A DNA stretch of 64,000 bases, taken from NCBI GenBank assembly GCA_963761595.1, contig CAVXHE010000004.1, forward strand, positions 105,601-169,600. The letters are read 5' to 3'. Origin of the DNA: an uncultured Alphaproteobacteria bacterium. Lineage in GTDB: Bacteria; Pseudomonadota; Alphaproteobacteria; Rhizobiales; Xanthobacteraceae. The position numbers and the translations under genes are program-made. Under the pieces are notes generated by a model. That model saw only the letters and a list, made by a program, of their open reading frames with translations, had not been told where the DNA came from and ran no database searches. Shown here piece by piece: positions 51,919-63,562 of this stretch; positions within the stretch are counted from its first letter, which is position 1; the number at the start of each line of letters is the position of its first letter.

Positions 51919-51982
51919 TGACGATTGGATGCAGGGTCCCCGGCGCGTAGATTGGCTCAGATCGCAAGGTTATGCGAAATGA
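51755..51982 (+). CDS. small hypothetical protein, paralogue-like of 51083..51262
   Basis: ..EDGDWQIEAHCPGAEIRYVTGLVSKADIDDWMQG.. aligns with ..EGSGWHVIVRYHEGHERRIDGFASEKEALDWIIA... Overlaps an antisense ORF, so the call is uncertain. Confidence 0.35.
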   Translation: MANSGQGIFRHMGKSPRVKVIFKPKRIEDGDWQIEAHCPGAEIRYVTGLVSKADIDDWMQGPRRVDWLRSQGYAK

Positions 51983-52173
51983 CCAACCCCCGGGCGCGGC
52001 TGGCCGTCGTCTGACCTACGAAACAACCAACATCAATGCGCGCTAAGGCCGAACGATATATCCGATATCGCAAGCGCCATTGGCATTGGCGTGATAAACG
52101 ACAATTGCTCTTGCCGTTTGAGGACGAGCAATGACCGAAAAATCGAATTCGCTCGAATATCGCACGGCGATCT

Positions 52174-52589
52174 TCAACGACGAAACGGATTGTCGCTCAC
52201 CATTTTCCGCTGAGGGACTGGGATAGCAGCAATATACTTCTCGAAATCTGCAGTCTTAATGGATGCGTGTAGCCGGATAAGAACGTATTTTTTTATGATC
52301 CGCGTCAGGGTAATTAGGCGATCATCCCGTTTTGATTTAGTCCATCCACGGTCCTTGGAAAATTGCCCCACAAGGATACAGGTATCAAATTAGTGGCTGC
52401 TGCGAGCCCTAGTTTTTCGTCGATCACGTCTTTGTAGTGCTCAATTAGCTCCTTGTGATGGGTGAGACGCTGATTGAGTATGATCCAGGACACGAAAATA
52501 CCCAGCGTCCCGCCGCTGATGAGTAAGGCGAAAGCACTCATCGTCGGATAAGCCGAGCGCAGATGATCGAGAATGGCGAACGGGTCCAC
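52174..52589 (-). CDS. low-GC hypothetical membrane protein, apparently split by one frame change near 52345
   Basis: ORFs 52314..52589 (with TM helix FALLISGGTLGIFVSWIIL) and 52174..52371 overlap in two frames. Visibly AT-richer than the surroundings. Confidence 0.35.
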
Positions 52590-52620
52590 TCCTCAATCAT
52601 AGCGGGATTCTTCGCCACAA

Positions 52621-52648
52621 TTGAAACTGACCCGACCCTGCCTTAACT
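52621..52648 (+). promoter_or_regulatory. sigma70-like promoter (TTGAAA-N16-TTAACT)
   Basis: The hexamers sit immediately upstream of the paired LexA-type boxes and 70 nt upstream of the 32-codon ORF. Confidence 0.4.
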
Positions 52649-52651
52649 CCA

Positions 52652-52684
52652 GAACAATAAGTGAACTATGTTCTCTTTTCGTTC
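52652..52684. promoter_or_regulatory. two adjacent alphaproteobacterial LexA (SOS) boxes in opposite orientation
   Basis: GAAC-aataagt-GAAC (52652-52666), then tat, then GTTC-tcttttc-GTTC (52670-52684). Both have exact 7-nt spacing and match the GTTC-N7-GTTC operator described for Rhodobacter, Rhizobium and Caulobacter LexA. Confidence 0.6.
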
Positions 52685-52718
52685 CCATATGGGAGCGTCA
52701 GGGAGAAGGGGACACACC

Positions 52719-52817
52719 ATGGTTCGCTCGGTTGTCGAGGAAGCACTGGCTTTGGCGTCGATTGGCCTGTTTCTGGCCACGGTCGCCGTCTGGGCGCAGG
52801 TTCTTGGCGTTCTCTAG
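52719..52817 (+). CDS. 32-aa hydrophobic peptide, candidate SOS-regulated small membrane protein
   Basis: ATG preceded by GGGAGAAGGGGA. MVRSVVEEALALASIGLFLATVAVWAQVLGVL has one predicted TM helix. Below the ORF-track threshold. Confidence 0.4.
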   Translation: MVRSVVEEALALASIGLFLATVAVWAQVLGVL

Positions 52818-52977
52818 CTGGGCTCGGGGTTATCTGAGATTTTGCCGCGCCGGCGAAGCGGGCATACTGGGGACAAGTGGGTTGGCGCGCCCGCTCGAAT
52901 TGCGATTGGCTGTATGCAGGTCGCGCAAGGCGCGTGGCGATGAACCCGCGTGCCTTTAGACCCAGGGTCCGAACACA

Positions 52978-55900
52978 ATGGCGGCCAAGCCCGGCTTCGT
53001 CCATCTGCACGTGCATTCGTCCTATTCGCTGCTCGAAGGCGCGCTGACGATTGCGCGGCTTGCGGAGCTCGCCAAGAAGGATCGCCAGCCGGCGCTGGCG
53101 CTGACCGACACCGACAACATGTTCGGTGCGCTGGAATTCTCGGAGAAACTTGCCGGCTATGGCATTCAGCCGATCGTCGGCTGCGCGCTCGGCATCGATT
53201 TCGGCGATCAGGAAAGCCGCAACCCGGCGCTCGAGCAGGCCTGGCCGCGCATCGTGCTGCTCGCCGCGGCCGAGGAGGGCTATCGCAGCCTGATGCGGCT
53301 GTGCTCGCGCGCCTATCTCGATACCTCGCCGCAGGACCGGCCGCACCTTATGCTCGCGGCGCTTGCCGATGAAACCAAAGGCTTGATCGCGCTCAGCGGC
53401 GGTCCGAAGGGACCGCTCGACGTCGCCATTGTCGGCGGACAGAACCCGCTGGCGCTGACGCGCTGCGAAGCGCTGCAAAGCCTGTTCGGGGACCGGCTCT
53501 ATGTCGAATTGCAGCGCCACGGCATGCCGGCCGAGCGCACCGCCGAAGCCGCCCTGATCGATCTCGCTTATGCGCGCGGCATTCCGCTCGTCGCGACCAA
53601 CGAGCCGTTCTTCGCCACGCGCGACGATTACGAGGCGCACGATGCGCTCCTTTGCATCGCCGAAGGCAAGCTCGTCGCCGACAGCGAACGTCAGCAGAAG
53701 ACGCCCGAGCACCGCTTCAAGAGCCGCGCCGAGATGGCGGCGTTGTTCGCCGACATTCCGGAGGCGATCGCCTCGACGGTCGAGATCGCCGAGCGCTGCG
53801 CGTTTCGGCCGCGCACGCCGGCGCCGATCCTGCCGCGTTTCACTCACAGGCGAAACCGATGAGCCGCAGGCGCTACGCGAGGCGGCGCTCGCGGGCCTCA
53901 AGGCGCGGTTGGCGCGTTACGGCGTCGCCCACGGCCACACCGACGAGGAATATAGCGAGCGGCTCGACTTCGAGCTCGGCGTCATCGCCCGGATGAAATA
54001 TGCCGGTTACTTTCTCATCGTCGCCGATTTCATCCAGTGGGCGAAGGCGCAAAGCATTCCGGTCGGCCCCGGCCGCGGCTCCGGCGCCGGCTCCTTCGTC
54101 GCTTATGCGCTGACCATCACCGATCTCGATCCGATCCGCTTCGGGCTCCTGTTCGAGCGCTTCCTCAATCCCGAACGCATCTCGATGCCCGACTTCGACG
54201 TCGATTTCTGTCAGGACCGGCGCGACGAAGTCATCCGCTATGTGCAGGGCCGTTACGGCCACGATCGGGTCGCGCAAATCATCACCTTCGGCACCTTGCA
54301 GGCGCGCGGCGTGCTGCGCGACGTCGGCCGCGTGTTGCAAATGCCCTATGGGCAGGTCGACAAGCTGTGCAAGCTGGTGCCGCAGAACCCGGCGAATCCG
54401 GTCACGCTCAAACGCGCGATCGAGGATGAGCCGCGATTGCAGGCCGAGCGCGACCGCGATCCCGTCACCCGGCGCGCTTTCGATATCGCGCAGAAGCTGG
54501 AAGGGCTGCACCGTCATGCGTCGACGCATGCCGCCGGCATTGTCATCGGCGAGCGCGCATTGACGGAACTGGTGCCGCTTTATCGCGATCCGAAATCCCT
54601 GATGCCGGTGACGCAGTTCAACATGAAATGGGTCGAGCCGGCGGGACTGGTGAAGTTCGATTTTCTCGGTCTCAAGACGCTCACGGTGCTCGACCATGCC
54701 GTGAAGCTGGTGCGGCGGCGCGGCATCGACATCGATCTTTCGAGTGTGCCGCTCGACGACACGCAAGACCTACGAGATGCTGGCGCGCGGCGAAACGGTC
54801 GGGGTGTTCCAGGTGGAAAGCGCAGGGCATGCGCCGCGCGCTGATCGACATGCGCCCCGACCGGTTTGAAGATCTGATCGTGCTCGTGGCGCTTTATCGC
54901 CCGGGACCGATGGCGAATATCCCGACCTATTGCGCGCGAAAACTCGGTCACGAGCGCACCGACTACCTGCATCCAAAGCTGGAGCCGATCCTGCAGGCGA
55001 CGTACGGGATCATCACCTATCAGGAGCAGGTCCAGCAGATCGCGCGCGACCTTGCCGGCTACAGCCTCGGCAAAGCCGATATCCTGCGTCGCGCGATGGG
55101 CAAGAAGGACCGCAAGGAGATGGCGTCGCAGCGCGACAGTTTCATCTCCGGCGCGGTCGAGCGCGGCATCGGCCGTTCCGATGCCGAAGCCATTTTCGAT
55201 ACCTGCGCCAAGTTTGCGGAATACGGATTCAACAAATCGCACTCGGCGCCTTATGCGCTGCTCACCTATCAGACCGCCTATATGAAGGCGAATTATCCGG
55301 TCGAGTTCCTCGCGGCGTCGATGACGCTCGACATGGGCAATACCGACAAGCTCGCCGAATTCCGCGCCGAGGCCGAACGGCTCGGCATCAAGGTCGAGCC
55401 GCCCTCGATCAACCGCTCGGCGGTGGAATTCGAGGTCGAGGGAAATACCATCTTCTACGCGCTCGCCGCTTTGCGCGGCGTCGGCCGCCAGGCGGTCGAC
55501 AGCGTAGTCGCCGCGCGCGGCGACAAGCCGTTCGCCGATTTGGCCGATTTCGGCCACCGCATCAATCCGCAGAGCCTCAATAAGCGCGTGCTGGAAAGTC
55601 TCGCCGCCGCCGGCGCCTTCGATACGATCGAGCCGAATCGCGCCCGCGCTTACGCTGCGTGCGATACGCTTCTTGCGACCGCCCAGCGCACCCATGACGA
55701 CGCGGCGCGCGGCCAATCCGAGCTGTTCGGCGGCGCGGCCGCTGCCGCCCCGATCATGGTGCCGGCGCTCGAACCGTGGCTGCCGGCGGAGCGTCTGCAG
55801 CGCGAATATGAGGCGGTCGGCTTTTTCCTCACCGGCCATCCGCTCGACGATTATGCCGCGGCGCTCAAGCGGCTGCGCGTGCAGTCCTGGTCGGAATTCT

Positions 55901-56448
55901 CGCGCGCGGTGAAAGGCGGGGCAGGGGCCGGCCGCGTCGCCGGCACTGTCGTCTCGCGCACCGAGCGGCGCACCAAGACCGGCAGCAAGATGGGCATTAT
56001 CGGGCTGTCCGATCCGACCGGCCATTACGAGGCGGTGCTGTTCGCCGAAGGCTTGGCGCAATACCGCGATCTCTTGGAGCCGGGCAAAGCCGTGCTGTTG
56101 TTCCTCACCGCCGAAGTGCAGGGCGATGAGGTGCGCGCGCGCATTCAATCGGTCGAGCCGCTCGACGAGGCCGCAGCCCGCATGCAGCGGGGGCTCCGCG
56201 TGTTTCTGCGCAACGAAGAACCGCTCGCCGGTGTCGTCAAAAGGCTCGAGCCGACGCGCCATGGCCGCAACGGCGGCAATGGCTCAGAGCAGAATGGGCA
56301 AAATGGCGACGGCGAAGTCTCGATGGTGCTGATGCTGCAGAACGGCAGTGAGGTCGAGGTGAAGCTGCCTGGGCGCTTTAAGGTCTCGCCGCAGATCGCC
56401 GGCGCCATCAAGGCGGTGACCGGCGTGGTGACGGTCGAGGCGCTGTAA
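52978..56448 (+). CDS. dnaE: DNA polymerase III subunit alpha, about 3 frame changes as assembled
   Basis: PHP domain [16 protein letters not shown]. Palm and fingers regions [39 protein letters not shown] and ALYRPGP. HhH, OB fold and C-terminal tail are present. Joins near 53845, 54765 and 54825. Confidence 0.93.
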
Positions 56449-56562
56449 GAGGCGCCTTCCTTTCCGGCGGCAACGCGACTATCTAGTCGCCATCAAGCGC
56501 GCTGCGCGATAAAGACGGCCGCGTCATCTCCCACCCAATTCGTCGCTGTTCGGACCCGGAAA

Positions 56563-58285
56563 ATGCTTCGGATCGACAATCTCGTTTTCAATGCCTGGGG
56601 CCGCCGCTTCTTCGATGAGGCGAGCGTGACGATTCCGGTCGGCACCAAAGTCGGGCTGATCGGGCGCAACGGCGTCGGCAAGACCACTCTGTTCAAGCTC
56701 ATTCTGGGCGAGCTCGCGGCGCAGGGTGGCGAGATCGTTCTGCCCAAAAGCGCGCGGATCGGCTCGGTCGATCAGGAGCATCCGGCAACGCCGGTGACGC
56801 TGATCGATACGGTGCTAGAGGCGGATACGCAGCGCGAAGCGCTCAACGCACAATTGGAGACAGCGGAGCCCGAAGAGCTCGCCGAGATCTATCAGCGATT
56901 GAACGCCATCGACGCTGATCGCGCGCCCGCCCGCGCCGCGGAAATCTTAAGCGGCCTCGGCTTCTCCACCGAAGATCTGACGCGGCCGATGGCGGAGTTT
57001 TCCGGCGGCTGGCGCATGCGGGTGGCGCTTGCAGCCGCTTTGTTCGCCGAGCCCGAGCTTCTGCTCCTCGACGAGCCGACCAACTATCTCGATCTCGAAG
57101 GCGCGCTGTGGCTCGAAGCGCGATTGAAGAAATATCCGAATACCGCCCTGATCATCAGCCACGACCGCGAATTGCTCAACAATTCGGTCGACGCCATTCT
57201 GCATCTGAGCCAAGGCAAGCTCGAACTCTATACCGGCGGCTACAACGATTTCGAAACGCGCCGCGCCGAGAAGACGCGCCTGCAAGTCGCCACCAAGGCC
57301 AAGCAGGAAGCCGAGCGCGCGCATTTGCAGAAATTCATCGATCGCTTCCGCGCCAAAGCGAGCAAGGCCGCGCAGGCCCAATCGCGCATCAAGCGGCTCG
57401 CCAAGCTCGAGCCGATCGCCGAAGTGGTCGAGGAGCGCGTCGCGCCGTTCACTTTGCCGTCGCCGGCGCGGCCTTTGGCGCCGCCGCTCCTGCAGCTCGA
57501 AGGCGCCTCCGTCGGCTATGACGGCAAGGCGATTTTGCGCAAACTCAACCTGCGGCTCGACGTCGACGACCGCATCGGACTGCTCGGCGTCAACGGCGCC
57601 GGCAAATCGACCTTCGCCAAGATGATCGCCGGCGCACTGCCGCTGCAATCGGGCGAGATGAAGCGGGAGAGCCGCATCAAGGTCGGCTGGTTTCACCAGC
57701 ACCAGATCGAAGCGCTCGATCCGGACGATACGCCGCTCGACATCATGCGGCGCGAGCGGCCGGACGACAGCGAGTTCATCGCGGCGCTCGCGGCTCGCGC
57801 AATTCGGCCTGTCCTTCGACAAGCAGGACACGACGGTCGCCAATCTGTCCGGCGGCGAGCGCGCCCGGCTTCTGCTCAATCTCGTCGCCATGGCGGCGCC
57901 GCATCTGCTCATTCTCGACGAGCCGACCAACCATCTCGATATCGACAGCCGCCGCGCGCTCCTTGACGCGCTCAACGACTACGAAGGCGCCGTCATCCTC
58001 ATCACCCACGATCGCTCGCTGATCGAGCTGGTCGCCGACCGGCTGTGGCTTACGGCCGACGGCGAGATCAAGCCGTTTCCGGGCGATATGGACGACTACG
58101 CGCGCTTTGTCCTCGAACGGGCGAAGGCCGGCGGGCGGGCGCCGTCACAGGGCGCCGACCATCGCGCCACGGCGCCGGATCTTGGAGATGCCGAAACCGT
58201 TCTCTCGGCCGAGCAGGAAGCTGCCCAGGAAGCCCGTTTTGCCGCCCGGAAGGCCGCCAAGAAGCGGCGCCGGCGAGGTTATTGA
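56563..58285 (+). CDS. ABC-F family ATPase (two ABC domains with linker), 1 frame change near 57778
   Basis: Has Walker A GRNGVGKTT and GVNGAGKST, signatures FSGGWRMRVALA and LSGGERARLLL, Walker B LLLLDEPTNYLD and LLILDEPTNHLD, an inter-domain coiled linker, and no TM domain. Confidence 0.88.
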
Positions 58286-58326
58286 GAGCCGGCTATTGAG
58301 CGATTTCCGCAATCAACCGCCATAGG

Positions 58327-58355
58327 TTGTTGCTTCTCGCCCACCGTCCCTATAT
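58327..58355 (+). promoter_or_regulatory. possible rpsB-tsf promoter (TTGTTG-N17-CTATAT)
   Basis: The -10 hexamer matches the alphaproteobacterial CTATAT consensus. It lies about 100 nt upstream of rpsB. Confidence 0.4.
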
Positions 58356-58456
58356 AAGCCCGGCAATCTCACACGCGGACCTTGGCCTTAAAGCCGTCCG
58401 GTGTCCGGCCATCCAGGCCGGGCTCTCGGTCCGCGGCGGATCAACCGGAGAACGAC

Positions 58457-59455
58457 ATGTCGCTGCCAGACTTCAGCATGCGCCAGCTTTTGGAAGCTGG
58501 CGTTCACTTCGGCCACCAAGCCCATCGTTGGAATCCGAAGATGGCCGAGTACATCTTCGGCACTCGGAACAACATCCACATCGTCGACCTGACGCAATCG
58601 GTGCCGATGCTGCACCGTGCCTTGCAGGCGGTCAGCGATACCGTGGCGCAGGGCGGACGCATCCTGTTCGTCGGCACCAAGCGCCAGGCGCAAGAGGCGA
58701 TCGCCGAAGCCGCCAAGCGGTCGGCGCAATATTACGTCAATTCGCGCTGGCTCGGCGGCACGCTGACCAATTGGAAGACGGTGTCGAACTCGATCAAGCG
58801 GCTGCGCGCGCTCGAGGAGATGCTGTCGTCGAACGAGGCCGGCGGCTACACCAAGAAAGAGCGCCTGACGCTGCAGCGCGAGCGCGACAAGCTCGACCGC
58901 GCGCTCGGCGGCATCAAGGACATGGGCGGGCTGCCCGACCTGGTCTTCGTGATCGACACCAACAAGGAAGACATCGCGATCAAAGAGGCGCGCCGCCTCA
59001 ACGTGCCGGTCGCGGCCGTCGTCGACACCAATTGCGATCCGAACGGCATCACTTACGTCGTGCCGGGCAATGATGACGCGAGCCGCGCCATCACGCTCTA
59101 TTGCGATCTCGTCGCGCGCGCGGCGCTCGACGGCATTTCGCGCGCCCAAGGCTCGCACGGCGTCGATGTCGGCGCCCAGGCCGAGCCGATCGTCGAGGAA
59201 CTGCCGCCCGAGACCGCCACGCTCGGCTTCGAGCCGCTGTCGGGACCGCGCGGCGTTGCCGACGATCTCAAGAAGCTCACCGGCGTGTCGCCGACCATCG
59301 AGAAGAAGCTCAACGACCTCGGCATTTTCCACTACCAGCAGATCGCCGATCTGTCGCCGACGGCGGCGCATAATGTCGGCGAAGAGGTCGGACTTCCGGG
59401 CCGTGTCGAAGGCTGGATCGCCAAGGCCAAGGAACTGACGGCCGAGGAAGTGTAG
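58457..59455 (+). CDS. rpsB: 30S ribosomal protein S2 with about 80-aa C-terminal extension
   Basis: [29 protein letters not shown] start and a complete S2 core. The extension contains [32 protein letters not shown]. Confidence 0.95.
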   Translation: MSLPDFSMRQLLEAGVHFGHQAHRWNPKMAEYIFGTRNNIHIVDLTQSVPMLHRALQAVSDTVAQGGRILFVGTKRQAQEAIAEAAKRSAQYYVNSRWLGGTLTNWKTVSNSIKRLRALEEMLSSNEAGGYTKKERLTLQRERDKLDRALGGIKDMGGLPDLVFVIDTNKEDIAIKEARRLNVPVAAVVDTNCDPNGITYVVPGNDDASRAITLYCDLVARAALDGISRAQGSHGVDVGAQAEPIVEELPPETATLGFEPLSGPRGVADDLKKLTGVSPTIEKKLNDLGIFHYQQIADLSPTAAHNVGEEVGLPGRVEGWIAKAKELTAEEV

Positions 59456-59585
59456 GGCCTGCCGCAAGCTTTCTTCCGCGGCGGCTGTTTCGTGGACGAA
59501 ATCGCGCTGCGTTTCGCTGCGTGGGGTCGTTAAGGGCTCAACGCGGCCGGGACGGGCCTAACGACCGATATCAGGGACTACTTCA

Positions 59586-60514
59586 ATGGCAGAGAATATC
59601 AGCGCATCCATGGTCAAGGAGCTCCGCGACCAGACCGGCGCGGGCATGATGGATTGCAAGGCGGCGCTCAACGAAAGCGGCGGCAATATCGATGCCGCGG
59701 TCGACTGGCTGCGCAAGAAGGGCCTGTCCAAGGCCGCCAAGAAGGCCGGCCGCGTCGCCGCCGAAGGTCTGATCGGCGTCGCCGTCACGCCGACCAAGGG
59801 CATCGTGGTCGAGGTCAATTCCGAGACCGATTTCGTTGCGCGCAACGATCTGTTCCAGGGTCTGGTCAAGATGATCGCGGATGCGGCGCTCGGCGCCGGT
59901 TCGGACGTCGAACAAGATTCTCGCAGCCCGCGCCGGCAGCATCACCATTGCCGATGCAATTGCCGATACCATCGCCAAAGTCGGCGAGAACATGACGCTG
60001 CGCCGCGCCGCCGAGCTTTCGGTCGGCAAGGGCGTGGTTGCAAGCTACGTGCACAGTTCGGTGATCGACGGGCTTGGCCGCATCGGCGTGATTGTCGCGC
60101 TGGAATCCACCGGCAAGGCCGACGAGCTCAAGGCCTTCGGCCGGCTTGTGGCGATGCACGTCGCCTCGGCCAATCCACAGGCGGTCGATCCGTCAGGCCT
60201 CGATCCTGTCGCCGTCGAGCGCGAGAAGAACGTGCTCGCCGACAAGTTCAAGGCGCAGGGCAAGCCCGCGGCCATGATCGAAAAGATCGTCGAGTCCGGC
60301 TTGAAGACTTTCTACAAAGAGGTCTGCCTGCTCGATCAGCCCTTCATCCACGACGACAAAAAGAGCGTGGCGCAGGCCGTCAAAGAGGCCGAAGGCAAGG
60401 TCGGTGGCCCGATCAAGGTCGCCGGCTTCGTGCGCTTCGCGCTCGGTGAAGGCATCGACCGGCCGGAAGGCGATTTCGGCGGCGAAGTCGCCGCTCCTTG
60501 CCGGCGCGCATTAG
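59586..60514 (+). CDS. tsf: translation elongation factor Ts, 2 frame changes as assembled
   Basis: Has [24 protein letters not shown] (UBA-like N-terminus), [14 protein letters not shown], and middle and C-terminal domains in a second frame. Joins near 59915 and 60493. The reconstructed end ..EVAALAGAH stops at 60512-60514. Confidence 0.9.
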
Positions 60515-60523
60515 AGCCTTCCA

Positions 60524-61237
60524 ATGGACAAACCGAACTACCGGCGGGTGATCGTCAAGCTGTCCGGCGAGGCGCTCAGCGGCCCGGAAAAGTTCGGGAT
60601 TCATCAGCCGACGATCGATCGCTTCGCGGCCGATCTCGTCGCCGCGCACCGGCTCGGTATCGCGCTCGGCGTCGTGGTCGGCGGCGGCAACGTGCTGCGC
60701 GGCGCGCAGATCTCGGAGGACGGCCTGTCGCGTCCCACCGCCGACGCCATGGGCATGCTGGCGACCGTCATGAATGCGCTGGTCCTGGTCGCGGCGATCG
60801 AGCGCGCCGGCGTCGAGGCGCGCGCCATGTCGGCTTTGATCATGCCGCAGGTCTGCGAGACCTATGAGCGCCAGAGCGCGCTGCGGCATCTCGAGAACGA
60901 CCGCATCATCGTGTTCGCCGGCGGTACCGGCAATCCGTTCTTTACCACCGATACCACGGCCGTCCTGCGCGCCGCCGAGATGGAGTGCAATGCCGTGCTC
61001 AAGGCGACCGATGTCGACGGCATCTATACGGCCGATCCAAAGAAGGATCCGAACGCCACCCGGTACGAGCGCCTCGCCCATCAGGAGGCGCTGGACCGGC
61101 GGCTGAAGATCATGGACGCCACGGCTTTCGCGCTTGCCCAGGAAAACCGGATGCCTATCATCGTGTTTTCGATCCGGGAGGAGCGCGCGATCGAGAACGT
61201 TCTGTGCGGAAAAGGGCACTTCACCACGGTCGGTTAG
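60524..61237 (+). CDS. pyrH: UMP kinase
   Basis: 237 aa, intact. Has [19 protein letters not shown] and [14 protein letters not shown]. Confidence 0.96.
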   Translation: MDKPNYRRVIVKLSGEALSGPEKFGIHQPTIDRFAADLVAAHRLGIALGVVVGGGNVLRGAQISEDGLSRPTADAMGMLATVMNALVLVAAIERAGVEARAMSALIMPQVCETYERQSALRHLENDRIIVFAGGTGNPFFTTDTTAVLRAAEMECNAVLKATDVDGIYTADPKKDPNATRYERLAHQEALDRRLKIMDATAFALAQENRMPIIVFSIREERAIENVLCGKGHFTTVG

Positions 61238-61330
61238 CGCTCGCGCGCCCGGCTCATGCGATCGATCAGTTTTCCAAGTAGAGTTCCGTTGGGTCTCAGG
61301 ATTCTGGGAAAGGTGCCGGGAGAGCGCAAA

Positions 61331-61890
61331 ATGGCAACCGCCACATTCGACATGAACGATCTCAAGCGCCGCATGCAGGGCGCGCTTGGCGCGCTCAAGC
61401 ACGAGCTTTCGGGCTTGCGCACCGGGCGGGCTTCGACCGCATTGCTCGACAATATCCAGGTCGACGCTTACGGCACGCATATGCCGCTCAATCAGCTCTC
61501 AACGATCAGCGTGCCGGAGCCGCGGCTCCTCAACGTGCAGGTCTGGGACCATTCGATGGTGCACGCGGTCGAGAAGGCGATTTCGGCCGCCAATCTGGGA
61601 TTGAGCCCCTCGACCGAAGGGCAAAATCTGCGCTTGCGGATTCCGGAGCTCAACGAGGAGCGCCGGCGCGAGCTGGTCAAGGTCGCCCACAAATATGCCG
61701 AAGGCGCGCGCGTGGCGGTCCGCCACGTCCGCCGCGACGGCCTCGATCTGCTCAAGAAGATGGAGAAGGATCACCAGATCAGCGAAGACGAGCACAAACA
61801 CCAGGCCGGCGAGGTGCAGAAAGTGACCGACGCGACCATCGCCGACGTCGAAAAGATGCTCGCCGGCAAGGAAAAGGAGATCATGACGGT

Positions 61891-61894
<4 letters not shown>
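61331..61894 (+). CDS. frr: ribosome recycling factor
   Basis: ATG at 61331. Has [28 protein letters not shown] and [10 protein letters not shown]. Confidence 0.95.
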
Positions 61895-62663
<769 letters not shown>

Positions 62664-62667
<4 letters not shown>

Positions 62668-63551
62668 ATACGCCGAACAATCAGGATCGTGGCCAGGGTC
62701 GCAGCGCTGGTGCGCCGGAAAATGCCGCGCGCAATTTCAAGCGCCGCGTCGCTTCGGCTTTGGTGCTGGCGCCGATTGCGCTGGCGGCGACCTATTTCGG
62801 CGGCTGGGCCTTCGTGATCGTTTGTGCGCTCGCAGCCGGCGCCGTGCTTTGGGAATGGACGATGCTGGTGGCGAAGAGGCCCGAGCCGCGCATCATTGCG
62901 CCGGGGCTTGCGGCGCTCTTCGTTGCGGCGGGGCTGGTCGGCGCGACCGCGCCAACCGCAGCCATCGCCACGATCGCGATCGGCGCTCTTGTCGTAGGCG
63001 GTCTGGTAGCGTTCTGGCCGCAATGCGTGCTGCCGCCGCTGTGGGCGGCGGGCGGCGTCATCTATGCCGGCGTCGTTTTGCTGTGCCCGACACTCCTGCG
63101 CAATGACCCGCAATTCGGCCTTCAGGCGCTCCTCTTCTTGTTCGCAACCGTTTGGGCGACCGATATTTTCGCCTATCTGGTCGGCCGCGCGGTCGGCGGC
63201 CCGTTGCTCTGGCCGCCGGTGTCGCCGAACAAGACCTGGTCGGGCGCCGTCGGCGGTCTCGTTGGGGGGGTTGCCGCGGGCATTGCGGTCGCCTATGCGA
63301 GCGGGGGAACCCGGGCAGCAATAGCGGGAGTTTTGGCCTTGGTGCTTTCGATAGTCGCGCAAGGCGGCGACCTGTTCGAGTCTGCCATCAAGCGGCGATT
63401 TGGCGTCAAAGATACCAGTCACCTCATTCCGGGCCATGGCGGTGTAATGGATCGCCTCGACGGTTTTCTGGTCGCAGCTTTTGCGGCCGTTCTGATCGGC
63501 ATTTTGCGCCAAGGCGTGGCGGCTCCCGCCCGCGGCTTCTTGGCGTGGTAG
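62664..63551 (+). CDS. cdsA: phosphatidate cytidylyltransferase
   Basis: GTG at 62664 overlaps the uppS stop. A polytopic membrane protein with the CDS signature [27 protein letters not shown]. Confidence 0.9.
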
Positions 63552-63562
63552 GATTTAGTTTG

